From the IMG/VR virus record IMGVR_UViG_3300027808_000015: DNA of 17,609 nt. One strand, written 5' to 3'. A program made the translations under genes and the position numbers. Source of the DNA: a virus. Lineage: Duplodnaviria; Heunggongvirae; Uroviricota; Caudoviricetes. This document shows positions 1 to 5,748 of the stretch, in pieces; within the stretch, counting starts at the first letter, position 1, and each line of letters starts with the position of its first letter. Below the pieces are notes generated by a model, which did not search any database, was not told the origin of the DNA, and worked only from the letters and a program-made list of their open reading frames with translations.

Positions 1-390
1 AGTATTCCAAGTGACTTATCCTGACCCGGCCGGCTAGCATTACACGGGAAAATGGTTGCGATGAGAGGGACGCAACAGCTTACAAATTCAACAGACCCCC
101 GCTTTGTCAGGTTGTGCGGTGAACAACCTGACACTTTATTAAATAAAGTTGTTAGTAAAAGGCTTAAGGTATCGAGAAGTCTCGTAAGGGAACTATATAA
201 GGTCGGAAGCCTTTAATAGTTAGGAGTTATAAACTTCACTTCAACTGGGTGGTGGATCAGGATTTACAGTCCGAGAGATCCTCGAAGGTAAATGATACTC
301 CATGTTTGCTAGACGAGTAGAGCGCGGCTGTAAATCGCGGGTAGCCAAGTTTTCCTTGACAGGGACCAAAACTTCTCAAAGTCTTTTACT
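1..390 (+). ncRNA. 3' portion of a large structured ncRNA (GOLLD-like candidate), 5' end outside window
   Basis: No long ORF; many helices: 55-60/71-76, perfect 11-bp 105-115/123-133, 158-165/207-214, 254-258/277-281 whose loop (261-271) pairs with 326-336 as a pseudoknot; directly upstream of a phage tRNA array. Family assignment not verified. Confidence 0.55.
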
Positions 391-402
391 AACATCTTTT
401 AT

Positions 403-478
403 GCGGGTGTAGCTCAGCTGGTAGAGCGCCACGTTGCCAACGTGATTGTCGTCGGTTCGACCCCGATCACCCGCTCCA
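403..478 (+). tRNA. tRNA-Gly(GCC)
   Basis: Cloverleaf GCGGGTG/CACCCGC, anticodon loop TTGCCAA, GGTTCGA, U73, encoded CCA. Confidence 0.97.
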
Positions 479-531
479 TAATATGCTCTCAGACTTGTTC
501 GCATAGCGTCCCCTGGGAGTTTCTTTTCTAT

Positions 532-605
532 TCCCGGATTGTGTAATGGTAGCACAACAGACTTTGACTCTGTTAGCCTAGGTTCGATCCCTAGTCCGGG
601 TGCCA
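532..605 (+). tRNA. tRNA-Gln(TTG)
   Basis: Anticodon arm ACAGA-CTTTGAC-TCTGT, T-arm CTAGG-TTCGATC-CCTAG, U1:U72 mismatch, CCA. Confidence 0.95.
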
Positions 606-611
606 AACAAT

Positions 612-688
612 GCGACTGTAACTCAGTGGATTAGAGTACTTGCCTACGAAGCAGGGAGCCGGAGGTTCGAGTCCTTCCAGTCGCGCCA
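612..688 (+). tRNA. tRNA-Arg(ACG)
   Basis: GCGACTG/CAGTCGC acceptor, loop CTACGAA, CCA. Confidence 0.96.
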
Positions 689-694
689 ATCAAT

Positions 695-770
695 GGTGTC
701 ATTAGTGTAGTGGCCTGCACCCTGCTCTGTGAAAGCGGTAGTACCGGATCGATACCGGTATGACACCCCA
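695..770 (+). tRNA. tRNA-His(GTG)
   Basis: Encoded G-1:C73 extra pair, loop CTGTGAA, T-loop ATCGATA (A54 rather than T54), CCA. Confidence 0.93.
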
Positions 771-777
771 AACGTAT

Positions 778-851
778 GCCTCGGTAGTTTAATGGTAGAA
801 CTGCGGTGTTACATACCGCTAATGGGAGTTCGATTCTCCAACGAGGTACCA
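778..851 (+). tRNA. atypical tRNA-Val(TAC)
   Basis: Anticodon arm GCGGT-GTTACAT-ACCGC (G32), G7:A66 and G49:A65 mismatches, A73, CCA. Confidence 0.75.
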
Positions 852-857
852 CTCAAT

Positions 858-934
858 ACCCCTCTGGCGCAATTGGTAGACGCAACTCTCTCAAAAGGAG
901 TGAAGTCCCCGTTCGAGTCGGGGGAGGGGTACCA
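858..934 (+). tRNA. tRNA-Leu(CAA) with short variable loop
   Basis: ACCCCTC/GAGGGGT acceptor, Leu-type D-arm GCGCAATTGGTAGACGC, loop CTCAAAA, 5-nt variable loop GAAGT, A73, CCA. Confidence 0.85.
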
Positions 935-935
935 A

Positions 936-1009
936 GCTCTTATAGTTAAATGGCAGAACACCTCTTTGGTAGGGAGGTAATGAAAGTTCGATTCTTTCTA
1001 AGAGCACCA
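936..1009 (+). tRNA. tRNA-Thr(GGT)
   Basis: GCTCTTA/TAAGAGC, loop TTGGTAG, CCA. Confidence 0.93.
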
Positions 1010-1016
1010 GTTATAT

Positions 1017-1091
1017 CTGGCTATCGTATAATGGATAATACATAGAGCTTCTACCTCTAGAATGTGGGTTCGATTCCTGCTAGCCGGACCA
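1017..1091 (+). tRNA. tRNA-Arg(TCT)
   Basis: TAGAG-CTTCTAC-CTCTA anticodon arm, CCA. Confidence 0.94.
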
Positions 1092-1093
1092 AT

Positions 1094-1168
1094 CGGGCTT
1101 TGGTGAAATGGATATCATTTCGGTCTTCGAAACCGACGGTGTAGGTTCGATTCCTACAAGCCCGGCCA
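1094..1168 (+). tRNA. tRNA-Arg(TCG)
   Basis: CGGGCTT/AAGCCCG, TCGGT-CTTCGAA-ACCGA, CCA. Confidence 0.94.
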
Positions 1169-1175
1169 AAATAGG

Positions 1176-1204
1176 TTGACTAAGTTGTTAATCGACAATA
1201 CAAT
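1176..1204 (+). promoter_or_regulatory. sigma70-type promoter
   Basis: TTGACT-17 nt-TACAAT upstream of ORF 1236. Confidence 0.7.
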
Positions 1205-1235
1205 TGAATCATGTTTAACCAAATGAAAGAAAAAC

Positions 1236-1757
1236 ATGAAAGAAACAAAAAATAGTAAGTTGATGAAAGATGTTATTGTAGAATACCATCCTAAGTTTAA
1301 ATTACTTCCCGAATTGAAACAATATGGATTAAATCATCCAGAAATCTTTAATGTAGAACGTCTTGTAGAAGAAAGTTTAGCCGCAGTTGGAGGTTATTCT
1401 TTTGTTGACGAAGACGGCCGGGACTTCGATGACTCAGATGACAGCGATAGTAAAACAGTAACCGTGGTCAACAATAGTAGTAGTAAAAATAATAAAGTTT
1501 TTATTATTCAAAATGTTCAAACTAAAATTGGTAGTTTGCGTGTAACATGTTATAATCCGTTTAGTAACAAGGTTGATTACTTTTACATTCCAAAAAAAGC
1601 AGTTAATTGGTTTAAAGAAAATAACGGGACTAAATCCAGAGAATCAGGTGCTTGCGAGCGGATCCGCACAACATGGAATGAATCAAAAGATTATTACAAT
1701 AAACTTGAACTTTATCGATTAAAAAGTTTTGAGAAATTAGCAAAAGCTAAAGGTTGA
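1236..1757 (+). CDS. hypothetical protein, possible PD-(D/E)xK (restriction-endonuclease-like) nuclease
   Basis: 173-aa ORF; helix VERLVEESLA followed by D-F-D...D-S-K pattern resembling the PD-(D/E)xK active site; fold inferred by eye. Confidence 0.6.
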   Translation: MKETKNSKLMKDVIVEYHPKFKLLPELKQYGLNHPEIFNVERLVEESLAAVGGYSFVDEDGRDFDDSDDSDSKTVTVVNNSSSKNNKVFIIQNVQTKIGSLRVTCYNPFSNKVDYFYIPKKAVNWFKENNGTKSRESGACERIRTTWNESKDYYNKLELYRLKSFEKLAKAKG

Positions 1758-1783
1758 CAACATACAGCACTTGATGCTATAAT
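1754..1783 (+). promoter_or_regulatory. sigma70-type promoter with extended -10
   Basis: TTGACA-18 nt-TATAAT, with TG at 1775-1776 (TGcTATAAT). Confidence 0.8.
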
Positions 1784-1807
1784 ATATACTTACTAAGCAA
1801 TTAGTAA

Positions 1808-1820
1808 CGCTCTTTAAAAA
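1808..1820 (+). promoter_or_regulatory. boxA-like antitermination element
   Basis: CGCTCTTTAAAAA about 25 nt after the -10 box and before tRNA-Glu; resembles rrn boxA TGCTCTTTAACA. Confidence 0.55.
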
Positions 1821-1834
1821 TTAAATGTGACAAT

Positions 1835-1909
1835 GACGCCATCGTCTATCGGTTAGGACACTAGGTTTTCATCCTGGCAAGCGGGGTTCGATTCCCCGTG
1901 GCGTCTCCA
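1835..1909 (+). tRNA. tRNA-Glu(TTC)
   Basis: GACGCCA/TGGCGTC, loop TTTTCAT, CCA. Confidence 0.95.
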
Positions 1910-2052
1910 TTGTTAAGTACTATAAGGTATCGTGTAGGGACGCTTACACTATTCGGGTCAAAGCTGCCGGCGACTGATCCTGAAATAACTGCATCGGCAT
2001 TGAGTATGTTTAGCGACTATCTCAGAATTTGCAAATAGTACTTAACAATGGA
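1906..2052 (+). ncRNA. stem-closed structured RNA candidate
   Basis: Perfect 18-bp inverted repeat 1906-1923/2035-2052 enclosing sub-hairpins. Confidence 0.6.
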
Positions 2053-2061
2053 AAGTTTTAT

Positions 2062-2145
2062 GCCCAGGTGGTGGAATGGTATACACGGTGGTCTTAGAAG
2101 CCACTGCCGCAAGGATTGAGAGTTCGAGTCTCTCCCTGGGCACCA
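2062..2145 (+). tRNA. tRNA-Leu(TAG)
   Basis: GCCCAGG/CCTGGGC, loop CTTAGAA, long variable arm, A73, CCA. Confidence 0.96.
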
Positions 2146-2149
2146 ATAT

Positions 2150-2233
2150 GGAGACGAAGCATCAATGGTGATGCACTGGACTGTAAATCCGGCGCCTTAG
2201 GCACGACTGGTTCGATCCCAGTAGTCTCCACCA
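2150..2233 (+). tRNA. tRNA-Tyr(GTA)
   Basis: Loop CTGTAAA, long variable arm, CCA. Confidence 0.95.
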
Positions 2234-2239
2234 AGTTAT

Positions 2240-2329
2240 GGAAGCGTGGCAGAGTCCGGCTTATTGCAACAGTCTTGAAAACTGTCGGCTCGAAAGGGTC
2301 CGTGAGTTCGAATCTCACCGCTTCCGCCA
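2240..2329 (+). tRNA. tRNA-Ser(TGA)
   Basis: ACAGT-CTTGAAA-ACTGT, long variable arm, G73, CCA. Confidence 0.96.
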
Positions 2330-2334
2330 ATCAT

Positions 2335-2452
2335 GCTTGCTAAAGTTTAACTACACTGACAACCGATAAGAAGCGTATAAGTCGACCCGTACGTGAAAGG
2401 CTCAGGAAGATAAGGAGTTAGACAGTTCCGTTCGATTCGGATAGCGAGCACC
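2335..2452 (+). ncRNA. tRNA-like RNA (acceptor stem and T-arm, no D-arm or anticodon arm)
   Basis: GCTTGCT/AGCGAGC acceptor-like stem, TCCG-TTCGATT-CGGA T-arm, 8-bp helix GTTTAACT/AGTTAGAC around an insert of about 65 nt, ends ACCT. Confidence 0.65.
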
Positions 2453-2459
2453 TTTTAAT

Positions 2460-2536
2460 GGAGTGGTAGCGCAGTTGGTTAGCGCACTGGCCTGTCACGC
2501 CGGGGGTCGCGGGTTCGAGTCCCGTCCACTCCGCCA
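2460..2536 (+). tRNA. tRNA-Asp(GTC)
   Basis: GGAGTGG/CCACTCC, loop CTGTCAC, G73, CCA. Confidence 0.97.
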
Positions 2537-2541
2537 ACAAT

Positions 2542-2615
2542 GTATCTCTAATGTAATGGCAGCATGACAGTCTCCAAAACTGTTCGTCGGGGTTCGAGTC
2601 CCTGGAGGTACGCCA
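2542..2615 (+). tRNA. tRNA-Trp(CCA)
   Basis: ACAGT-CTCCAAA-ACTGT, G73, CCA. Confidence 0.94.
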
Positions 2616-2627
2616 AGTAATTAAGTG

Positions 2628-2656
2628 TTGACATTGGTTAACGCAGAAGGTATAAT
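2628..2656 (+). promoter_or_regulatory. consensus sigma70 promoter
   Basis: TTGACA-17 nt-TATAAT. Confidence 0.88.
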
Positions 2657-2661
2657 AGAGA

Positions 2662-2883
2662 ATGTATAAAATAATAGGCAAAGAAGAAATTTTCAAAGTG
2701 CTCACACTTGCTGAAGCAATGAATGTTGCCAAGTCAATGAATGAGTTTGTAACTATCAAAGGTAACGATTTCGAAGTAGTAGGTCGATTCGGAGTTGACT
2801 CTGTAAACAATGGTAAGTGCCCAGATGGTGTCGCTTACGATTGGAACAAGGCAAGCCGAATTGGTGCTACCAAGCGAAGATAA
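2662..2883 (+). CDS. hypothetical phage protein (probably leaderless)
   Basis: 73-aa ORF filling the gap between promoter and next tRNA; ATG 6 nt after the -10 box, no SD. Confidence 0.75.
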   Translation: MYKIIGKEEIFKVLTLAEAMNVAKSMNEFVTIKGNDFEVVGRFGVDSVNNGKCPDGVAYDWNKASRIGATKRR

Positions 2884-2888
2884 TAATT

Positions 2889-2972
2889 GCGAGTGTGGCG
2901 AAATGGTATACGCAAGAGACTTAAAATCTCTCGTCGAAAGGCATGCCGGTTCGAGTCCGGCCACTCGCACCA
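2889..2972 (+). tRNA. tRNA-Leu(TAA)
   Basis: AGAGA-CTTAAAA-TCTCT, long variable arm, A73, CCA. Confidence 0.96.
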
Positions 2973-2979
2973 AGAATAA

Positions 2980-3065
2980 GGAAGACTCCCATAATGGTAT
3001 TGGAGCGGCTTGCTAAGCCGTCGATCGGCAACGGTTTCGGGGTTCGAGTCCCCGGTCTTCCGCCA
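2980..3065 (+). tRNA. tRNA-Ser(GCT)
   Basis: Loop TTGCTAA, long variable arm, G73, CCA. Confidence 0.95.
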
Positions 3066-3085
3066 ATTTTAATCAAAGGAAAAAT

Positions 3086-3316
3086 ATGTTAAAGCCAACA
3101 AGTAATTACAAAATGTCAAAGACACTCAAAACAAGTCTTGCACTTAGCAAGTTTAAAACATTGGATCAACGTCACGCATGGAAACGTGCTTGTATTGATG
3201 CTGAACTATGTAGCAAGATTGTTGTTAAGAGTGCGCCACGTGATAAAAATGCGCCACGTGGAGGCGGTACTGCAAATTACACAGTCACTTCTAATAGTGC
3301 AACGCCAACGGCATAA
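3086..3316 (+). CDS. hypothetical small basic protein
   Basis: 76-aa ORF with AAAGGA SD, fills inter-tRNA gap. Confidence 0.7.
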   Translation: MLKPTSNYKMSKTLKTSLALSKFKTLDQRHAWKRACIDAELCSKIVVKSAPRDKNAPRGGGTANYTVTSNSATPTA

Positions 3317-3330
3317 TAAGTAATACATAT

Positions 3331-3406
3331 TCCGCAGTAGCTCAGCTGGTAGAGTAGTTGACTGTTAATCAATTGGTCCCTGGTTCGAGCCCAGGCTGTG
3401 GAGCCA
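3331..3406 (+). tRNA. tRNA-Asn(GTT)
   Basis: TCCGCAG/CTGTGGA, loop CTGTTAA, G73, CCA. Confidence 0.96.
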
Positions 3407-3422
3407 TAATAAAGGATAGTTA

Positions 3423-4004
3423 ATGATTGATGTTGATAAGATAATTGTAGTAGAAGATTTTTTACCCAAATGGCTACAAGATAGTTTTGATCAACGTCTC
3501 AAAGACTATACGGGATGGAAGATTTCTAATGTGTTGAGTCCTTTCATCGTAGATGGAGAACAGGGACAGGAATGGTATTGTACTCGTGTGCTTTATGAAG
3601 CTAACAGAGTACAATGGGATGACGCAGGAGGCATTACTTCTATCCTTAACGATTACTGTACTAGGGAAGGTATTTTCAGAGCCATTCCTGATGCACAGAT
3701 CAAAGCGTTGTTGAGAATTAGATTGAATGGTACATTTAAACTGTTGCCCGTGTATCCGCATGAAGATGCAGAGCCGGAAGAAACGGATGTATGGACTATC
3801 ATTTACTATCTAAACGACAGTGACGGTGGTACTAGATTTTATCATGATCAAGGGCATACATTAGCAACAACAGTTCCCTTTAAGAAAGGAAGTGCTGTAA
3901 TTTTTCCGGCTAGGTATTTTCACAATGCTGAGACTCCGGTAGATCACAATGTACGAATTTCAGCGGCAATGATGTATGCGTTAGAATCAAAGTTAAATGG
4001 TTAA
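3423..4004 (+). CDS. 2OG-Fe(II) oxygenase (prolyl-hydroxylase-like)
   Basis: HxD (PHED), IYYLNDSDGG, distal His (YFH), R-x-S; AAGGA SD. Confidence 0.85.
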   Translation: MIDVDKIIVVEDFLPKWLQDSFDQRLKDYTGWKISNVLSPFIVDGEQGQEWYCTRVLYEANRVQWDDAGGITSILNDYCTREGIFRAIPDAQIKALLRIRLNGTFKLLPVYPHEDAEPEETDVWTIIYYLNDSDGGTRFYHDQGHTLATTVPFKKGSAVIFPARYFHNAETPVDHNVRISAAMMYALESKLNG

Positions 4005-4006
4005 AT

Positions 4007-4082
4007 GGGGGTGTAGCTCATTTGGGAGAGCGCCTGCTTTGCAAGCAGGATGTAGCAAGTTCGATCCTTGTCACCTCCACCA
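4007..4082 (+). tRNA. tRNA-Ala(TGC)
   Basis: G3:U70, loop TTTGCAA, CCA. Confidence 0.97.
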
Positions 4083-4102
4083 AGATTTAGGAGATGTTAG
4101 AT

Positions 4103-4288
4103 ATGGCAGGTAAAGGTAGTAAAGCAAGGCCGTTGAGTGTGCCTAAAGCAGAGTTTGATAATAACTTTGATAGAATTTTTGGCAACAAGAAAAAAACGGA
4201 TGCAGAATTGTTTGATGAGAAAGTTGTAATGAAAAATGAATACTATGATTTGGATATCGATCCAGACAATCCAGATCAAGTAAAATAA
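4103..4288 (+). CDS. hypothetical small protein (MAGKGSKARP...)
   Basis: AGGAG at 4089-4093 is correctly spaced for ATG 4103 rather than 4094. Confidence 0.7.
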   Translation: MAGKGSKARPLSVPKAEFDNNFDRIFGNKKKTDAELFDEKVVMKNEYYDLDIDPDNPDQVK

Positions 4289-4303
4289 CAAGAGGATACT
4301 AGC

Positions 4304-4489
4304 ATGGCAAAAGGTGCCGGTGGTAAAAAGATTAGAGTAGCAAGTCCAATGCTTACTAAAAATGGTAAGCAACGATTGGGTCCATTAAGTTTGAAACAGT
4401 TAACTGACATGTTAGAAAAGTCTAGCAAGCCAAAAGACAAAGCAAAGATTCAAAGTCGTATTAGAACATTAGAAGCAAGAATTAAGTAA
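4304..4489 (+). CDS. hypothetical small basic protein
   Basis: 61-aa Lys-rich ORF with GAGGA SD. Confidence 0.7.
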   Translation: MAKGAGGKKIRVASPMLTKNGKQRLGPLSLKQLTDMLEKSSKPKDKAKIQSRIRTLEARIK

Positions 4490-4496
4490 TAACAAT

Positions 4497-4572
<76 letters not shown>

Positions 4573-4574
4573 GT

Positions 4575-4666
4575 TTTAAGAAAGTACATTTAACTGATCT
4601 ATAAGGTCAGTAGCAAGGACAGGCCACCATCTCATGACGAAAAAGGCATAAATGTACTTTCTTAAA
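4575..4666 (+). ncRNA. stem-closed structured RNA candidate
   Basis: Perfect 18-bp inverted repeat 4575-4592/4649-4666 with internal hairpin ACTGATC-TATAA-GGTCAGT. Confidence 0.55.
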
Positions 4667-4668
4667 TT

Positions 4669-4742
4669 GCGGGATTAGTTTAATGGTAAAACAGCAGATT
4701 TCCAATCTTCGGTCAAGAGTTCGATTCTCTTATCCCGCTCCA
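4669..4742 (+). tRNA. tRNA-Gly(TCC)
   Basis: GCGGGAT/ATCCCGC, loop TTTCCAA, U73, CCA. Confidence 0.95.
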
Positions 4743-4755
4743 TATAAGGATAATT

Positions 4756-5355
4756 ATGTTTTGGTTTGAACCTCCAAGTCAATTACTCAATTGGGAGTTT
4801 AACGTAGCGGGTGCGTTAGACGACTCATACATTCAATGGATTGAACAATACGTTGATTCAAACAAGGAATTATTGACTAAAGCAGAAGTAAGAACTGGAA
4901 CTGATAATCCTGTAGATAACGATTATAGACGTAGCGATTTGTTCTTCTTTACAAAATTACACGAAGCAGAACCGTTGTATCAAAGAATTTATGATATTGT
5001 AAGTGAAGTTAATTCACATCATTTTAAATACTCACTGTGCTATACAGAACCGTATCAATATTCAGTGTATGATTCATCAGAATTAGGATTTTATGATATA
5101 CACTGTGATAGTCATTTAAGAAATACCAGCGGATTTACTAGGAAAATTTCATTTAGTATATTGTTAAATGATCCTAGCGAATTTGAAGGCGGAAAACTGT
5201 TGTTTCATATATCAAAAGATCCAGTTGAAGCCCAATTAGAAAAAAAAGGTGATATGGTGTTATTTCCATCGTTTATTCCCCATAGTGTTACTCCTGTTAC
5301 CAAAGGAGTGCGTAAGGCACTAGTGGGATGGATATGTGGACCAAACCTTGTCTAA
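4756..5355 (+). CDS. 2OG-Fe(II) oxygenase (PKHD/prolyl-hydroxylase-like)
   Basis: HxD (HCD), RKISFSILLND, EFEGG, FPSFIPHSVTPVTKGVR motif. Confidence 0.9.
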   Translation: MFWFEPPSQLLNWEFNVAGALDDSYIQWIEQYVDSNKELLTKAEVRTGTDNPVDNDYRRSDLFFFTKLHEAEPLYQRIYDIVSEVNSHHFKYSLCYTEPYQYSVYDSSELGFYDIHCDSHLRNTSGFTRKISFSILLNDPSEFEGGKLLFHISKDPVEAQLEKKGDMVLFPSFIPHSVTPVTKGVRKALVGWICGPNLV

Positions 5356-5364
5356 AGAAATACT

Positions 5365-5441
5365 CGGAGTGTAGCGCAGTCTGGTAGCGCACCTGGTTTG
5401 GGACCAGGGGGTCCAAGGTTCGAATCCTTGTACTCCGACCA
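5365..5441 (+). tRNA. tRNA-Pro(TGG)
   Basis: CGGAGTG/TACTCCG, loop TTTGGGA, CCA. Confidence 0.97.
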
Positions 5442-5448
5442 CAGTTAT

Positions 5449-5522
5449 CGCGGAATAGAGAAATGGCATCTCAGAAGTCTCATAAGCTTCAGTTCTTGGT
5501 TCGAATCCAGGTTCCGCAACCA
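5449..5522 (+). tRNA. tRNA-Met(CAT), initiator-like
   Basis: C1:A72 mismatch, A11:U24, loop CTCATAA; lacks the three G-C pairs in the anticodon stem. Confidence 0.88.
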
Positions 5523-5594
5523 CTTTCCAATCGTTAGTTTAACCAAAACGCCTAGCTCACAGCTATGAGATGTTCATAGAGCACGATTGTTTTT

Positions 5595-5686
5595 GCCAGC
5601 GAGACTTGGTAGTCAGAGAGGTCTTATATACCTTTTAGCGCCAGATTAGCGTTCTTGATAGGGTTCGATTCCCTACGCTGGTACCA
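5595..5686 (+). tRNA. non-canonical tRNA-Ile(TAT)
   Basis: GCCAGCG/CGCTGGT, minimal D-arm GACT-TGGT-AGTC, GAGGT-CTTATAT-ACCTT, long variable arm, TAGGG-TTCGATT-CCCTA, A73, CCA. Confidence 0.8.
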
Positions 5687-5698
5687 ATGCCAAAGTAG

Positions 5699-5727
5699 TT
5701 GACTTTATGTCAATTATGCTATATAAT
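5699..5727 (+). promoter_or_regulatory. sigma70-type promoter
   Basis: TTGACT-17 nt-TATAAT upstream of the omega-like gene. Confidence 0.8.
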
Positions 5728-5748
5728 AATGCTTTAAAAGGAAATGAT

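Noticed and set aside
885-905. Possible TCA (opal suppressor or Sec) anticodon in the 858-934 tRNA
   Set aside because: Stem register and U33 place CAA at 34-36; TCA would need C33. No CTA, TTA or TCA anticodon was found, so there is no evidence of recoding here.
376-2973. ORF-track entries overlapping tRNAs (376-606, 631-852, 729-980, 2094-2330, 2116-2343, 2418-2810, 2734-2973, 2810-3016; also 5320-5523 and 8054-8278)
   Set aside because: They are translations of tRNA genes or their antisense strands (typical GFEP/GIEP peptides) with no SD or protein motifs.
5707-5748. N-terminal extension of the omega-like ORF
   Set aside because: It overlaps the -35/-10 promoter; the SD supports ATG 5749.
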